A DNA stretch of 64,000 nt, taken from contig CP154954.1 of the NCBI GenBank assembly GCA_039621445.1, positions 47,905,847 to 47,969,846 of the forward strand. The letters run 5' to 3'. The position numbers were made by a program, and so were the translations under genes. Positions 51,201-63,365 of the stretch are shown here, in pieces (within the stretch, counting starts at the first letter, position 1; each line of letters begins with the position of its first letter). The stretch comes from Euglena gracilis (lineage: Eukaryota). A model generated the notes under the pieces. That model saw only the letters and a list, made by a program, of their open reading frames with translations, searched no databases and had not been told where the DNA came from.

Positions 51201-51972
51201 CGGATATGACACAGGCAGGGCCCTGCCCATGCCCCCCTCTTCCTTCGCCTCCACCTTTTTGGTTGGCTTGCGAGTCTTCTGGAACGCCGGCTTGGCCAGC
51301 TTCTTGGGCTTCTCTTTCGGCACGGACACCACGAAGTCCGCCGCGCCACTGCGCCGGCCACGGACCCCCCAAACGAGTTCTGCCTTCCGGGTTTTGCCGA
51401 GAGGAGTGGTTGGACCCCCCCCCCAGCAATCGATAGCGCGAACAAAAATCCATCCACCTCACCCCCCCAAAAACCAATCATCAATATATACACACACATA
51501 TATATACACATATATACATATTGATATATATGCATATATATATACACATTTACACACTTATGGGCGCGAGACTTTTTAGACCGAGAAAATTGAAAAAAAA
51601 GAACCCCGCATTTGGCGAATGAAAGGAAAATCAACCCCTGGGTGTACGCACTGGATCCCAATTGACAAACAAAGGAGTCGGAACCCCTCCCAGGGGGATG
51701 GCTAAGCTGTGCGCCAGTTTTCAAGCATCGGACCTCTCAAAGTTGGGGGGGCATTAGAACGGCGGAGGTTGTTCCACAAAACCCCTCCCCGTGACCCAAA
51801 ACAGCCCCCTTTGCCACGCAGATGCACAGCCCTCCCCCGAGGCGCGGCGGCGGCCCCCATACTGGAAGAGCTCGCCCAGCACCACCTGAAGCTCCCCCGA
51901 CGTCTCCCCCTCCTCCGACTGGCCCGCCTCGCTCTCCCTCTCCTCCGCGGTGAAATTTAGGGCCGGCCACAT
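45265..51972 (-). CDS. WD40-repeat protein (multi-exon, mixed intron types)
   Basis: Exons join in frame: ...KEEGGM|FQFGDFC...[78 protein letters not shown]...[32 protein letters not shown]...[31 protein letters not shown]...[21 protein letters not shown]...VWDVETG...|...|[14 protein letters not shown]...|TKAPVYCLS...[11 protein letters not shown]. Multiple GH...WD motifs. Start and stop are tentative. Confidence 0.92.
45422..45695 (-). other. Nonconventional intron with CAT/ATG stem closure
   Basis: GAC-CATGGACTCATT ... AGTGATTCCATG-GCGCC. In-frame join SFQ|TKAP. Confidence 0.75.
47942..48300 (+). mobile_element. Left part of a CAGGG/ACTGCAAAAA element inside a GT-AG intron (right end not found)
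   Basis: Clear similarity to 11875-12160 (CTGCACTGCAAAAAA...CAACAAAAAA...CAATAAACAAGC; GGTTTT...TGCACTGAAA). Confidence 0.7.
49858..50278 (-). other. Nonconventional intron with CGG/CCG stem closure
   Basis: GCC-CGGCACC ... GGTGCCG-CCCCC. Join gives LLGHA|SRVKC, a normal WD40 start. Confidence 0.7.
50520..51027. repeat. (CCACG)n pentanucleotide repeat within nonconventional intron 50454-51228
   Basis: Direct inspection. Intron ends GGG-CAGGGCCC ... GGGCCCTG-CCGGC. Confidence 0.95.
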
Positions 51973-53679
51973 CCGGCGGTCGGGCGATATCACTGCCCAT
52001 GGGTCCCCCCCCCCCCGAAAAAGAGAGCCCTCGGTCAGCAGGTGTGATTCAGCGGTGGCAAGCGGCATTGCGATGTGCAGTAATTCCCTCGGTCGACACA
52101 TTGGACACAGCAGACGCACGCCTGACACGACGGTGGTGTAAAGCAAGGTAGGTGGTGTCATTCGAAGGGCAAAAAATAAACAACAGCAAGGGTGCCACTG
52201 GGCCATTTAATCACTTAAAGCCAACCCAGGGTACCGCTTAACGTCGGGCGGCTGGTCGAAATTGACCAATAGGGTTGACCAGATCCTAGGCTGAAAGAGG
52301 TTGTTGGCTAGCTCCCCCCCCCCCGTTCCCCTTTGTCTGGAGCTCAAACAGCGTAACTCGCACTAATTTTCCTTTGTCAGTGTGCGCATTTGTGCAAATG
52401 GACAGTTTTTTGTGAAAATGACAATACCTGACTCACGAAACCCAAAAATTTAATCAGGATGTGATGTGGTGCCCCAGGACGTAGAGATGAAAGCAGGGAT
52501 CAGATAGGTGTCGCCACAGCTTACGGGGTGCACAATACCCAGCCAGAAACTTCACGTGTGTGCAACTTCACGGCCATGCCATTTAGGCGATTCGGCATTG
52601 CTACAGTCTGAAAATCCTTAAGTGGGCTGAAATTGCTGTGTTGAGGGAGACATATATAATGCAGCACCCTAACATGGTTTATTTGACCTTCTCAGACATA
52701 CCACACAACATCAGCACAACACCTGCACACGCTGCTCTTCTCCTAACTTTTATTCCTCACAGTTCTCACTGGGTTTTTTTGTATTTTTGGTAAAGTATTC
52801 ACTTTGGGGAGGTCAGCCCTGGAGGTTTCACAGCTCGGCGGCGTGTTTTGGAGAGTCAAGGGCACCATAAATGTACACTGAAACCAGGTGCCACCGCTGT
52901 AAAAATGTGAACATCAGCAAATGGAGGGATGGCGTGTTGCAAAAAGCAGTTCAAACACACCGGACCCTACCGTGCCACTGCTGGACAAGGCCATAGCATT
53001 GCTTACTGACCCCCCGGGCGGAAGGGGGGGGCACTTTTCACTTTCAAAAAACCAGTTAGTCACTTGGCAAACACCAGTCACCCACTTCCTAACCTCCGGG
53101 GGGGGGGGGTCACCATGGCAACAATGGTGTGACCCCCTAAAACAAAAAATGCGCACACCGACAGAAAAATACGTTAGCACTTGATTGGAGGAAGAAATTC
53201 AAGCAGGGGGGGAAAATGTCAAATGTGGATAAATTTGCTTCGAAAGAAGCCAAATTTCCATAAGATTTTTGGATTTAAACACTCCTTTGTGCAATTGTGC
53301 AAACAACTTTTTGTTTTTGTTGCGCGATTGCGCAAGTGACACAGTTAAGTTATCCTCACTGGGACCATTTCCTGGCGTGATTATTGGGCTTATTCGAAAT
53401 GGATGCCTGATAAGATGCCATCTGCCATGTTCCCCTGAAACTAAACAGAGAAAAACGGAACCACCAAAGCGAACGTGCGGGAATGTGAAATGTGGAAATA
53501 AACATAAATGAGCTGAGAATGGAAAAATTGACAACGAATAGCACTTCCTGCGATGTGGAAGTTTTCATGTTGACCAAACTTGACAGAAAGCCATTGCATG
53601 TGCGCTTTTGTATATTTTGAAAAAAGTGCCAGATTTGGGTTGGGTGGGGCTGGGCGGGGGGGGGGGCGACCGTCAGCTG

Positions 53680-56600
53680 CACGGGACCAGTGCACTGGCC
53701 GCGGGGCCCCTCTCCGCGGGGAGGGCATGGCTCTGGGCGTGGGACTGGACAACCGCCTCCTTACTGATCCACCCACATCCCATGAAAAGGCAGCCGCGGG
53801 CGACAGGCTGCGAGACGGGAGGGGGGTGGGGACAGGCGAGGGGGTTGGATGGATGGGGGGAGGGGTTCAAGGCTTGGGGGGGGGGGGTTGCTGTGTCGCG
53901 AGAAAGCCGCCACCCTAAGCAGACCAAAGCAGGCAGGCACCCCCTGGGGGGGCACAGGGTTGTATGAATCTCCGAGGGGGGGACCCCCCCACCACCTTAC
54001 CCCCTAGGGGGGGGGGGTGACCCCCCCACCACTACCTCATGTCTGCGGAGCCTCCCATACAACCCTGGGGTGGCAAAAAGGAGCTGGGTCGAGCCGTTCC
54101 CGGCGCGTATCGCTGCTGTCCCCGAGAGCCGCGCGCGTTTGTTGTGTGAGCTTTGACGCGGAGAGAGTTACCGCCTTTGGCACCCTTCCCACCTGTCCAC
54201 TGCCAGTGGGGTTTAGTTCCGATGAACCCTCTGAAGAAGGAATTATTGACACGTATCGCCCAACCCATCCTTCTGGCGCTGGGGGTGCCCTTCTGTTTGG
54301 ACCCCATTTTGCTGATATCCATTGATTTCCTTTAGAAACCCCATGAAATGGGGGGGCGCGTTTGTAGTGGACCGCCGCCTTTGGCAGCCGGGGATTCGCT
54401 GTTATTTGGACCGCTGTAGCGACCCCGCACTTCTATTGGGGGGGGGCGAGTTTAGGGCTTCCACCGAGCCCCCCCCCCCCTGCCTGAGGGGGGTTAAGGG
54501 GACCCAACCTCATGAGAAGTGTTTCAAAATTCGATGCCCTGTCTATTGAGGTGAAATTATCCAGCATGGCTTCTGGATAATTTTGGTCGGTTTGGGGGGG
54601 GGTCGGTTTTGGGTTCCAGCTCGGAGTGCCCAGGCAAACCTCCCATGTTTGGACCCCGGCGCCTTCGGTTCTGAAGGAGGGGGTGGGACAATCAAAAGCG
54701 CTAAACCAGATCTACAAACAAAACCAGATCTACTGGGGTCGAAAATGCCTTCACCTCGCCCGAGCTGAGACCTAAACAGGTGCCACAAAATCGAAGAACA
54801 AAAATTCCCCCAAAAAACAGCCAATTATGCAAAAAAAAGTCAATTGACCCAAACGTTTGCCCTGGCCAGCCCATTTCCGACTTATTTCGCCAATTTTGGC
54901 CCATTTCTGCACCCCCGAAAGCGAAAAATTTGCTACCATTCAGCTGCCCTTCGGGCGGCTGCAAAATAATCAGAACTCGTCGGGGGAGAGGAGTATAGGG
55001 CTGGAAAATGGCTGCTGGCTGGAAAACGGCTGACCGTGGAGGTTCATGACTCTCGGTATGGACGCGAAGGTTGAATCCTTTTGAATCAGACCCAATCTAC
55101 ACACCAGACTGCAATACCCGAAATAACCCTCCCGGCACCTGACAAGGACGTTCGGTGAGCATCCCGAGAAATTCCTGCGGTGCCAGGTCGGACAGTGGAC
55201 CCGGGCTGTCCTGGGTTAGAACTGCGACCAGTCCTTGGGCGTGGCAGCTCACTGGGGGGCGGCATCCAATCAGTTAGTCCCCATCCCCGACCCAGTCCAT
55301 ACATCTCTTTAAGGACCCTGGGGGGGCGGGGTTGCTGGGCTAGGGCTAGAAATTTGGGCTAGCTAGAAATTTGGGCTGGCTAGCCCGCCCCCCCCCGGGG
55401 GGGGGGGGGGCGCTGGACCCCGGCTGGACCCGAACCGGGGCGAGCTGGACTGAAATCGGAAAAATGCCCAAAAATGACCTGCAGAACACAGTTTTGAAAA
55501 AATGATGCATCTGAAACCCCCCAAAAATGCCCCAAACGCCCCCCAAACCCCATTTTTGGCCACTTTTGAACACATTTTTTCAAAAATTTTCGGCGCTTCG
55601 CGCCGAAAAATTTTGGGCTGGACCCCCAAAAAGGGGGCTGGCTAGCTGGGCTAGCAGCACCCCCCCCCCAGGGGGGGTGCTGCTGCGGCTGGGCTGGGCC
55701 CAAATCGGGGCTGGCTGCAGCAGCCCCCCCGGGGGGGGGGGGGTTCGCAAAACCTTAGAGAGATGTATGACCCAGTCCCTGCCGTTGCCCACTGCCATCA
55801 AAAAGAAACCAAGCAGAAAACCCTCTTCCATTGCTTTTCTCATCTTGAATGTGACTCTTGGGTATGGCAGCAACGCAACACGGCGTTGGAGGCTCGTCAT
55901 ATCGCACGTCTTCGCAATCACACGCCGCATGCCTTCCGGCAACAAAGGTGGAATCTCAACAATAGTCGACGTTGGGTGAATGGACAGGCAGCGCGGAATG
56001 GCTGGGGAAAGGCAACAACGTGACTTGCGGGTACCAAATGGCTGATGGTGAGTATCAGCATTGGAGGCTTGTTCCTTTTTCATATTTTGAGGTAATTTTT
56101 TTAAAAAAATCTTTCCATGAGTTCAGGGGGTTCCCTGGATGGATGCCTTCGCACAAATGCCTTTGTGGCCACTATTTGTAGCTACTTCGGTGCACAATGG
56201 CTGCTTTGCATCGGTGCGGGGCACAGGGCTGCAAAATCACTCATGAGTCCAGCCACCGCGTAGCCAGCCAGATTGGCGGAAGGCACCGGCCAAAGGGTGG
56301 GACACAGCAAGGCGGGGGGGGGGGGGGGGGGCAAAAGGGCATCCGGAAACCACAGAGGGCGGGCACACAACCAGGGGGGGCGGTGGGAGTGGGACGCCTC
56401 GGCAGGCCGAACTCCACCGCCCCGGGAGGGGGGGAGAGAGGGGGGGAGGGACGCACGACCGGAGGATGGAGGGCAGGCACGGCAGGCGGGGGGCGTCCTG
56501 CAGAGAGAATGGACGCGCCGGGGGGGGGGCAAGAGGAGGAGGCCGGGGCACGGGGCGGAGGGCCAGGCCTCCGGTTGCCCACCCACAGGGGGAGAGGGGA

Positions 56601-59600
56601 ATGGCTGCTACCGCTGGCGGTGCCCGCCCAGAGCACCGGGTGCACGGGTCCCGTGAAGACAACCATTCCCGGGCCTTCGGGCATCAGCGGAAAGGGGGGG
56701 GCAGACAATATCACTCAAACCCTGAAACCCCAACCGGGATGTGTCAATCCCACATGGATGTCCGTAGCAGAAACCCCAGGGGGAGGGGCCACCTTTTAAA
56801 AAAAGCCTGCTTCAGAATTGCCGAATATAAATTCGCTGTCAGCATTTTGCGGGAGCGGTGCAGATTGGAGGCACAGGGACAACCTTTGGGAGCACCGCTG
56901 AAGGGAATCCGCGTTGCGAGTCAACAGTAGCTGAGATGCCGGACAGCGAGCACCTGTAGTGAACGCACGCGGATTGCCGGGAAATTGATGGCACCCAACT
57001 CTGGGGAAAAGCACTTTGGGATAATTAGGAGCAAAAAAGAATTGAAGCCCATCAGGTCCGACTCACCAGAGGTGTGGGTGGGTTTCAAAAAAAAATGGGA
57101 GGCCAGGGAGTGAAAAGTTTGCCACTGGGGGGTCACTTCCTGAGTTACTGAGTCACGCACCGGAGTGACGTTGGCGTGGCACTTTCTTTGGAAAGAAAGC
57201 GGCCCATTGCCCGAACCCACCCGGCCGCTTTCAGAAACCCTGGGGTGAGGGACACATAGGTTAAGCATAAATGTGGCCCGCACCAGAGCCCATCAAAACG
57301 TAGGGCGTTGGAAAGGCGGGTGGAGGCATACCGGGCTGGTGGTAAACATCGCACTCCGGGGGGAGACCCGGCCCGACCCGCCGTGGCCGGCCGTGCGGAG
57401 CTGCATCAATGCCTGGGCGGCCGAAGGGCAGTCTCAGCAGGGGCCACCCCCCCGTTCTGGCAGCTTGGAGGATGGCTGCAGGGCCCACAAACACGGTTCA
57501 GCGTCGTTCTGGCTTCCTTTCCAGAGCCCCATCCCACACACAACACAGTGGTGATAATATGGCACAGCCACCACACATGCACTGAAAAATCCAGAGGAAA
57601 AAAATGGCCGAAAAAGTGGCCATGTTTTGGCAAAAAAAACAAAAGCAACACAAACACAAAAAAAAAACAGGTCGATTTCGGAAGCGATTTCTGGCATCCT
57701 TGGACCATCGCCCATCCACCCAAAACGTGAAGAAAATGGGGTTTCAACTCTAATTTTTGACCCTGTTTGAGCACTGGCCAACGCCCGTTGGTCGGCCCTT
57801 AAGCCTAATGGGGGAAAAAGAGTACTGTCCTGATCGTTGGGAACACTTTTCTCTGGCATCAAAAACGACCGGGGCTTCTTTGGAACGTTGTGTCCAAAAT
57901 AAAAACAAACAAACGGGAAATTTCATGCCGTCCCCTCCCATTTTCCTTGGCAGGATCTTGTCTGCCATCGTTCTCCGGGCGTTTAATCTTCCAATCCGAG
58001 AAATTGAGAGACCTGCCGAGAAAACTCCCACAACGTGCGGCGCAAAGCGTTGGCATACGCTCCAGCCATTCGAGGATGGCGAGGAAGGAGGGCCGGCCTC
58101 ATAGTGCATCGATTCGGGGAGACCATGCAGCGCCCAGCCCAGGCCCAGGACATCGCTCAGAAACGGGGGGGGGGACCCAGCTGGACGGAAACCGGGCTGG
58201 CCGGGGAATGAGCCCCCCCCCCCCCCCCAGGAATGCCCTCGGCTGAAACTGGCTGAACTGAACTGGACTGGCAGGGTCGGCGGCGGTCGGGAGGCGGTGG
58301 GGGGGGGGGGGCACTCCAACAAAGCACTCCGGGCGGCCTCAACCCCGTTCCAGGGAAAACGACGCCCTGGCCCGGCTGGCGGACGGTGGGCCGCGGTCAA
58401 ATTCCTGAGGGGCAGCCGAGGGGCGCAGAAGGTGGAAAGGGGCCCGGGCTCGATGCAACGGATGTGACGGAGGGGGGTCGGGCCCCTTTCTGGTCAGGGG
58501 GGGGGGGTCCCATTGCGATCCCCGGGATGGCTATTCCGATGGGCCGGCCGGAAATAGTGCCCACGGGTGTGAAAAACATGCGTATATCAAAAAACTAGCC
58601 AGATATCGACAGTATTGGGGGGGTGGAAGACGGCCCCAAATGTCAGTACAGCCTGGTCCCCTTAGGGGGGCACCCACACCGAAACGGTGCGCGGTCCAGG
58701 TGACTGACGGTTGGCCAAATGGTGAAGCGCCGGGCCCAAAACTTTGCCTCTCAAAATCGGCCGAACTGTTCCATTTTGGGTAAGTTTTGGGCAAGAAACT
58801 GGCAAAAAGTGCAGTGAACAATTTGGTGGAAGACTCTGGAAGGAAAATTTTGACCTTTGAGGGTAGGCGGCGCCAGATACCCTGGGGTTGGACTAAACCC
58901 CGTTGGCAGGTGAGGGGTCCGGACCTCCGGGGGCCAAAGACCAAACCGTGAGCCCAGGAAAGATGACGAAGAAACAAGAAGAAATAATAATATCAAAAGG
59001 GGCTAAAAAATGTTGCCCAGAGCGCGTTCGGAAGCCCCATTATTAGGAAAGAAAATGACACGAACAATGACATCTGTGCAAGGTGACAGACATTTTTTTT
59101 AGGTGTCAGCCTCAGCATGCGTGGGGGAGGTGGAGGAAGAGACCTGAAACTGGGTGTCCACCCGGACCCTTTGCCGACCGCTGGCTTGACCGGGTGACAC
59201 ACAGAACTGGGAGAGGGAAGCAATGGAGGATGACAAGAAGGGGGGAAAATCCAACAGAAGAAACAGACCTGTACGTTGGAAAGGCTTGGAATATGTCGAA
59301 CACCCTGCTGGTGGTTGATGCCAGGCATCAAAACGTTTTTTTTATATTCCAAATCATACACCAATTCCCTTCTTGCAAAAGCTATCTGCCCTCAAGCCTG
59401 AGGCTAACCCAACACATCGCCGCTTCCGGCTCACAGACGAGGCGACTTTCCCCAGGACCATACAATTTTTTAGCGACCCCCCGGGGGGGGGAGGGGGGGT
59501 CACTTCACTTTTCGAAAAACCAGTAAATTACTTTTTTCGGGAAACCAGTCAGTCACTTCCCCCCCCCCGGGGGGGAGGGGGGTCGGCCACTCTGGAATCC

Positions 59601-61357
59601 AAAAGAAATTTGAACAAAAACTTGAAGGAAAAAAAGGCCAAAAAAAATTCCGTCGCCTCTGGCGCCAGGTCACTTTAGTCGTATTTTGCCGACCTCCCCA
59701 GTCACTTACCCCGGGGGAGGGGGGTCGGCCAGTGCTTAAGCAATTGTCTGCCCAGGACGCATCCCCTTGAAGGGCCCCTTCCCAGCATTGCCAGGCCACC
59801 TCACGGGCTCCACAGCAAGGAACTCTGGCTACCGTGCGGGAGGGCACGGAGCCCCACTGGGTTGTGGCTGGGGGTCGGGGAGGGGGGGGGCAGGCAGCAC
59901 ACCGGCGACTCCCGCCGGGCGGAAGCCGGGGTGCTGGGGTCGGAGTGGATGGCGCTTTGCTGGTGGGCGAGCTGCGCCGGACAGGGGCAGGGCAAAGAGA
60001 GGGGAATGAACCTGGGGCGTCAGGAGAGGGGGAAAGGGGGCAAACCGACAGTGGCAACAAGGCGATTTCCCCGCCCGGCAAAAAAAGAGAGCAAGGCGGA
60101 TGTCTGTAAAGCCAAGCAACCCCAGAGGCAAAATAGTGCGAGAGCTGTCTCTTAAAAAGATCGCGTACCACTGCAAAAACATGTGGATAGGAGTGACAAA
60201 ATTGAGGCGAGCGAAATCTGACACACTGACGAAGCAAACCACTGCTCCGAAAAGATTCTTGGTTTCGTAACGTGAAGTTATTAATGTTGGAGGCATACAA
60301 TCAAACAATCATATCCAAAAAACCACATCCCACACAAGCGCATCTGCACAGCAGTGGGATAAAATCACACAACAACCTGTTTGTGAAGAAACACAAACAG
60401 GTAGGAACCGTCACAAATAGGCATACAACACCCACAAGACACCGCACACTTGATGAGATGCATGGGCGAAATATTGAGAGCCGTTTTGACTGCTGGCGGA
60501 GTCGCACCGCACACGCTGCCGGCCATCGAAATGGACGTTGGAGTACAGCCCGAAACACTGGAGCAGCAGCCAGGTCACGGGGGGGGACAAACAGCACCAA
60601 ATGGGGTCTCCAAAATCCAAGCAAAAGAGTTATGTTTCCTCCGGGGAATGAGGCAAGGGCCATTGTTCTGAAACCAGGTGTTGTCGGTGTTAGGTGCCAC
60701 ATTCACATGCCATCAATCACCTGCAGATACACTTTGACTTCATTGTAAGACGTCACTCTGTGGAATAACAAATTTTGTGACACACCTCATGGCAGGGATT
60801 GTATGAAAAACTAAACCCCGACTGCCTTTTGCAGGCACATTCCTAATTGGCTGTGTGTTTGGGTATGTTACATACCCCTTTTTCCCCTACTAAAATGATG
60901 TTGGGGAGTGGGAGCGACTGGTGACGCCTCTCCTGGGCACGTCAGTCAGGGGTCAAGGGATGCTGTATCAGCAATGGGGGGGGGGGAGCTCACAGATCCT
61001 GGCAGTCAATATCACAACCCCCATTAAGTGGCACGTGGGGGTAGCCTTAAGAGAGGCAAGGCTCATGAAAATACGGACGTGTGCATGAACGTGCGCATGA
61101 CATGGTGCACAGGCGCAAAGGCGCGCGCACTGGTTCAAACGTTCAGATGTGCATGGGTGAGTAGTGGCACTTGCGCACACAGAACACAGATCACACATAT
61201 GCTCCACACGCACACACACACACCCACACACACACACACACCCACACACACACACACCCACACACACACACACACCCACACACACACACACACACATACA
61301 CACACACACACACATACACACACACACCCACACACACACACACACACACCACAATGC

Positions 61358-61393
<36 letters not shown>

Positions 61394-62250
61394 GCAGTCT
61401 CCTCAAAGCCATAGCCAGGAAATCTACGGCTGAACTTGGAGGGACTTCCTTGGTTTCCACTTGGGGAAGGCGGCCTTTGGGAGATAGATAACACAACAAA
61501 TGGATTGCACAGGTGCTTTAAACTTTACTAGATCCATGGCAGGGTGTGCACAGGTATGCGTGTATGCGTCAGCCTCGTTTGCATAATTCCACCAATCAAA
61601 CAAAAACAATTGCACTCATTTGGATGATGCATGATTAATTGCATCCACGTGATGATGGGTTATGGGTGATGCTGAAGGTGAGAGGGTCAGGGTTGACGGT
61701 TGGGCATGCACACACGCACGGTCACACACAGACAAACAGGGGTCCTTGCTGCCAAAAAAAAACCTGTTCCATGAGAAAATTATCAGGGGGAAAAATGGTT
61801 AAAAAAAACTCAAAATCTTTGTGGCTAAAACAGGTCCAAAAATCTGATGTCGGGGATCATCAGACCTTCGCCCATCCGCCTGAAACATCAAAATGTGTTT
61901 TCTAGTCATTCAATGTTTGTCCATGTTTGAGCTCTGGACCGGACCACCCTTGGGCCTAAGGGTGGTGGGCGGTCCTTGAACAAAACAAATGCTGTCCCTT
62001 GCCAATAAGTATCCCCAGTGGGTCTTTGCCGTTGCAGCCCATCCCCCCCCCCCCCGCGCACACCCGGAGGACACTTCAGACTCCGCGTCCACGAACCGCA
62101 AGTGCTTGGCGGGCATGCCCCGAGCCAGAGGGCCCTTCGGCGTGCCGCAGGGGAGCCGGAATGTGGAGCCCCGCCGCTCCTCGATGAGGCTGCCGACGTC
62201 CCCGAACAGCGGGCCGCTGCCCCCTCATCGGGTTCGGCGCTGGCATGGCC
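53680..62250 (-). CDS. Probable exon chain of one or more low-complexity hypothetical proteins
   Basis: Segments such as GPLFGDVGSLIEERRGSTFRLPCGTPKGPLARGMPAKHLRFVDAESEVSS (~62065-62230), GRPIGIAIPGIAMGPPPPDQKGARPPSVTSV (~58450-58550) and SEGSSELNPTGSGQVGRVPKAVTLSASKLTQQ (~54130-54240). Frames and junctions mostly unverified. Confidence 0.4.
53955..54067. mobile_element. 113-bp MITE with 8-bp TSD
   Basis: Perfect 12-bp TIR CAGGGTTGTATG / CATACAACCCTG. Flanks GGGGGGCA vs GGGTGGCA (7/8). Confidence 0.8.
55298..55769. mobile_element. 472-bp MITE with perfect 8-bp TSD
   Basis: TIR CATACATCTCTTTAAGG / CCTTAGAGAGATGTATG (16/17). ACCCAGTC at 55290-55297 and 55770-55777. GCTGG-rich core. Confidence 0.9.
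59459..59750. mobile_element. 292-bp MITE with perfect 8-bp TSD
   Basis: Ends CATACAATT / AATTGTCTG. CCCAGGAC at 59451-59458 and 59751-59758. Internal GAAAACCAGTCAGTCAC motif. Confidence 0.88.
61205..61391. repeat. (CA)n microsatellite, imperfect
   Basis: Direct inspection. Confidence 0.95.
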
Positions 62251-63049
62251 ATCGGGGTTTCATTGGCGTCCTCAATTCAGAAAAACGAAAACGCGACAAA
62301 CATAAAATCGTAACAAGGAAATAGGCAGCTGGGGGGCAAAGAAGCAACTCTCGGATTTGTGGTGGTGATGAATGCATTGGCGTTGGGGGAACCCACCCAA
62401 AAATGGAGAACAAAAAATGAAAAGTGCTGTCCGCAGAAAAAACAACAACACAAAAAAAACATCTGAGCCCTTTTTAGATGATACATATTCAGGTGTTATT
62501 TTTTCTTTATTTGCTCCTGGCCGTTGCTCTTGTAGACATACTCTCGCCAAGCCCACCTGTGAGGATTCCTAAATGGCGGGGTAGAACGGAGCAGCAGTCA
62601 TATCCTTCCTTTGCAGCACTACAGAGCGATAATATATATGATATATTTAGAGAGGTTAGGCCACTTTCAATGAATCGGTCTTTGGCGGATGGTGATTGAA
62701 AAACAGGCTGTCGGAAAGAGAGAAAGAAAAATACAGCACTTGCAGCTGCGGATGGAGCAGATGAGCTTCTGCGAAAGAAATCTAATTCGCACCACTTGCA
62801 TTTGTATTGTTGATATTATTTGACGACCACTTCTGCTGTGGCATCATTCGTTTGGCAAACGTCTTTGAGCGTTATTAATTCTGATGTTGTTTGTCGGAGA
62901 AACATGACATAAATTCTGTGCAGCTTCGAAAGGCATTTGGAATGAGAGGGCAGCAGTAGTTCAAACGTCTTGCGGTCCAACTTGGCAACATGCATCTGTT
63001 GAGAGGGGCGGCGGTGGCAACGGTGCTTTTAATCTAAAAGCGTTGCGGC

Positions 63050-63365
63050 CATACCATTGCTCTGCGACCCCCGGGGGGGAGGGGAGGGTCACTTTCCACT
63101 CTGAAAAAACCAGTCAGTCACTTTACCCCCTGGGGGGGATCGGCCACTCTTGAATGATGAGGAGGAGGCAATGAAAATCTATCAAAAAGTCTCAAAAATC
63201 AAAAAAAAATCGGGCGCCTTCGGCGCCAGCCCAGCCACTTTTTCATTTTCGGGCCCACCCCCCCCGGGGGGGGGGTTCTTGGCCAGAAAACCAGTCAGTC
63301 ACTCTGAAAAACCAGTCAGTAACCCCCCCGGGGGTGGGGTGGGATAGGTGTTAAGCAATGGTATG
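63050..63365. mobile_element. 316-bp MITE with 8-bp TSD (same family as 59459)
   Basis: Perfect 11-bp TIR CATACCATTGC / GCAATGGTATG. Flanks GTTGCGGC vs GTTGTGGC (7/8). Confidence 0.85.

Noticed and set aside
49723-51579. Long ORFs of 270-405 aa (HATPR/AWRGV repeats)
   Set aside because: Artefacts of the stop-free (CCACG)n intronic repeat.
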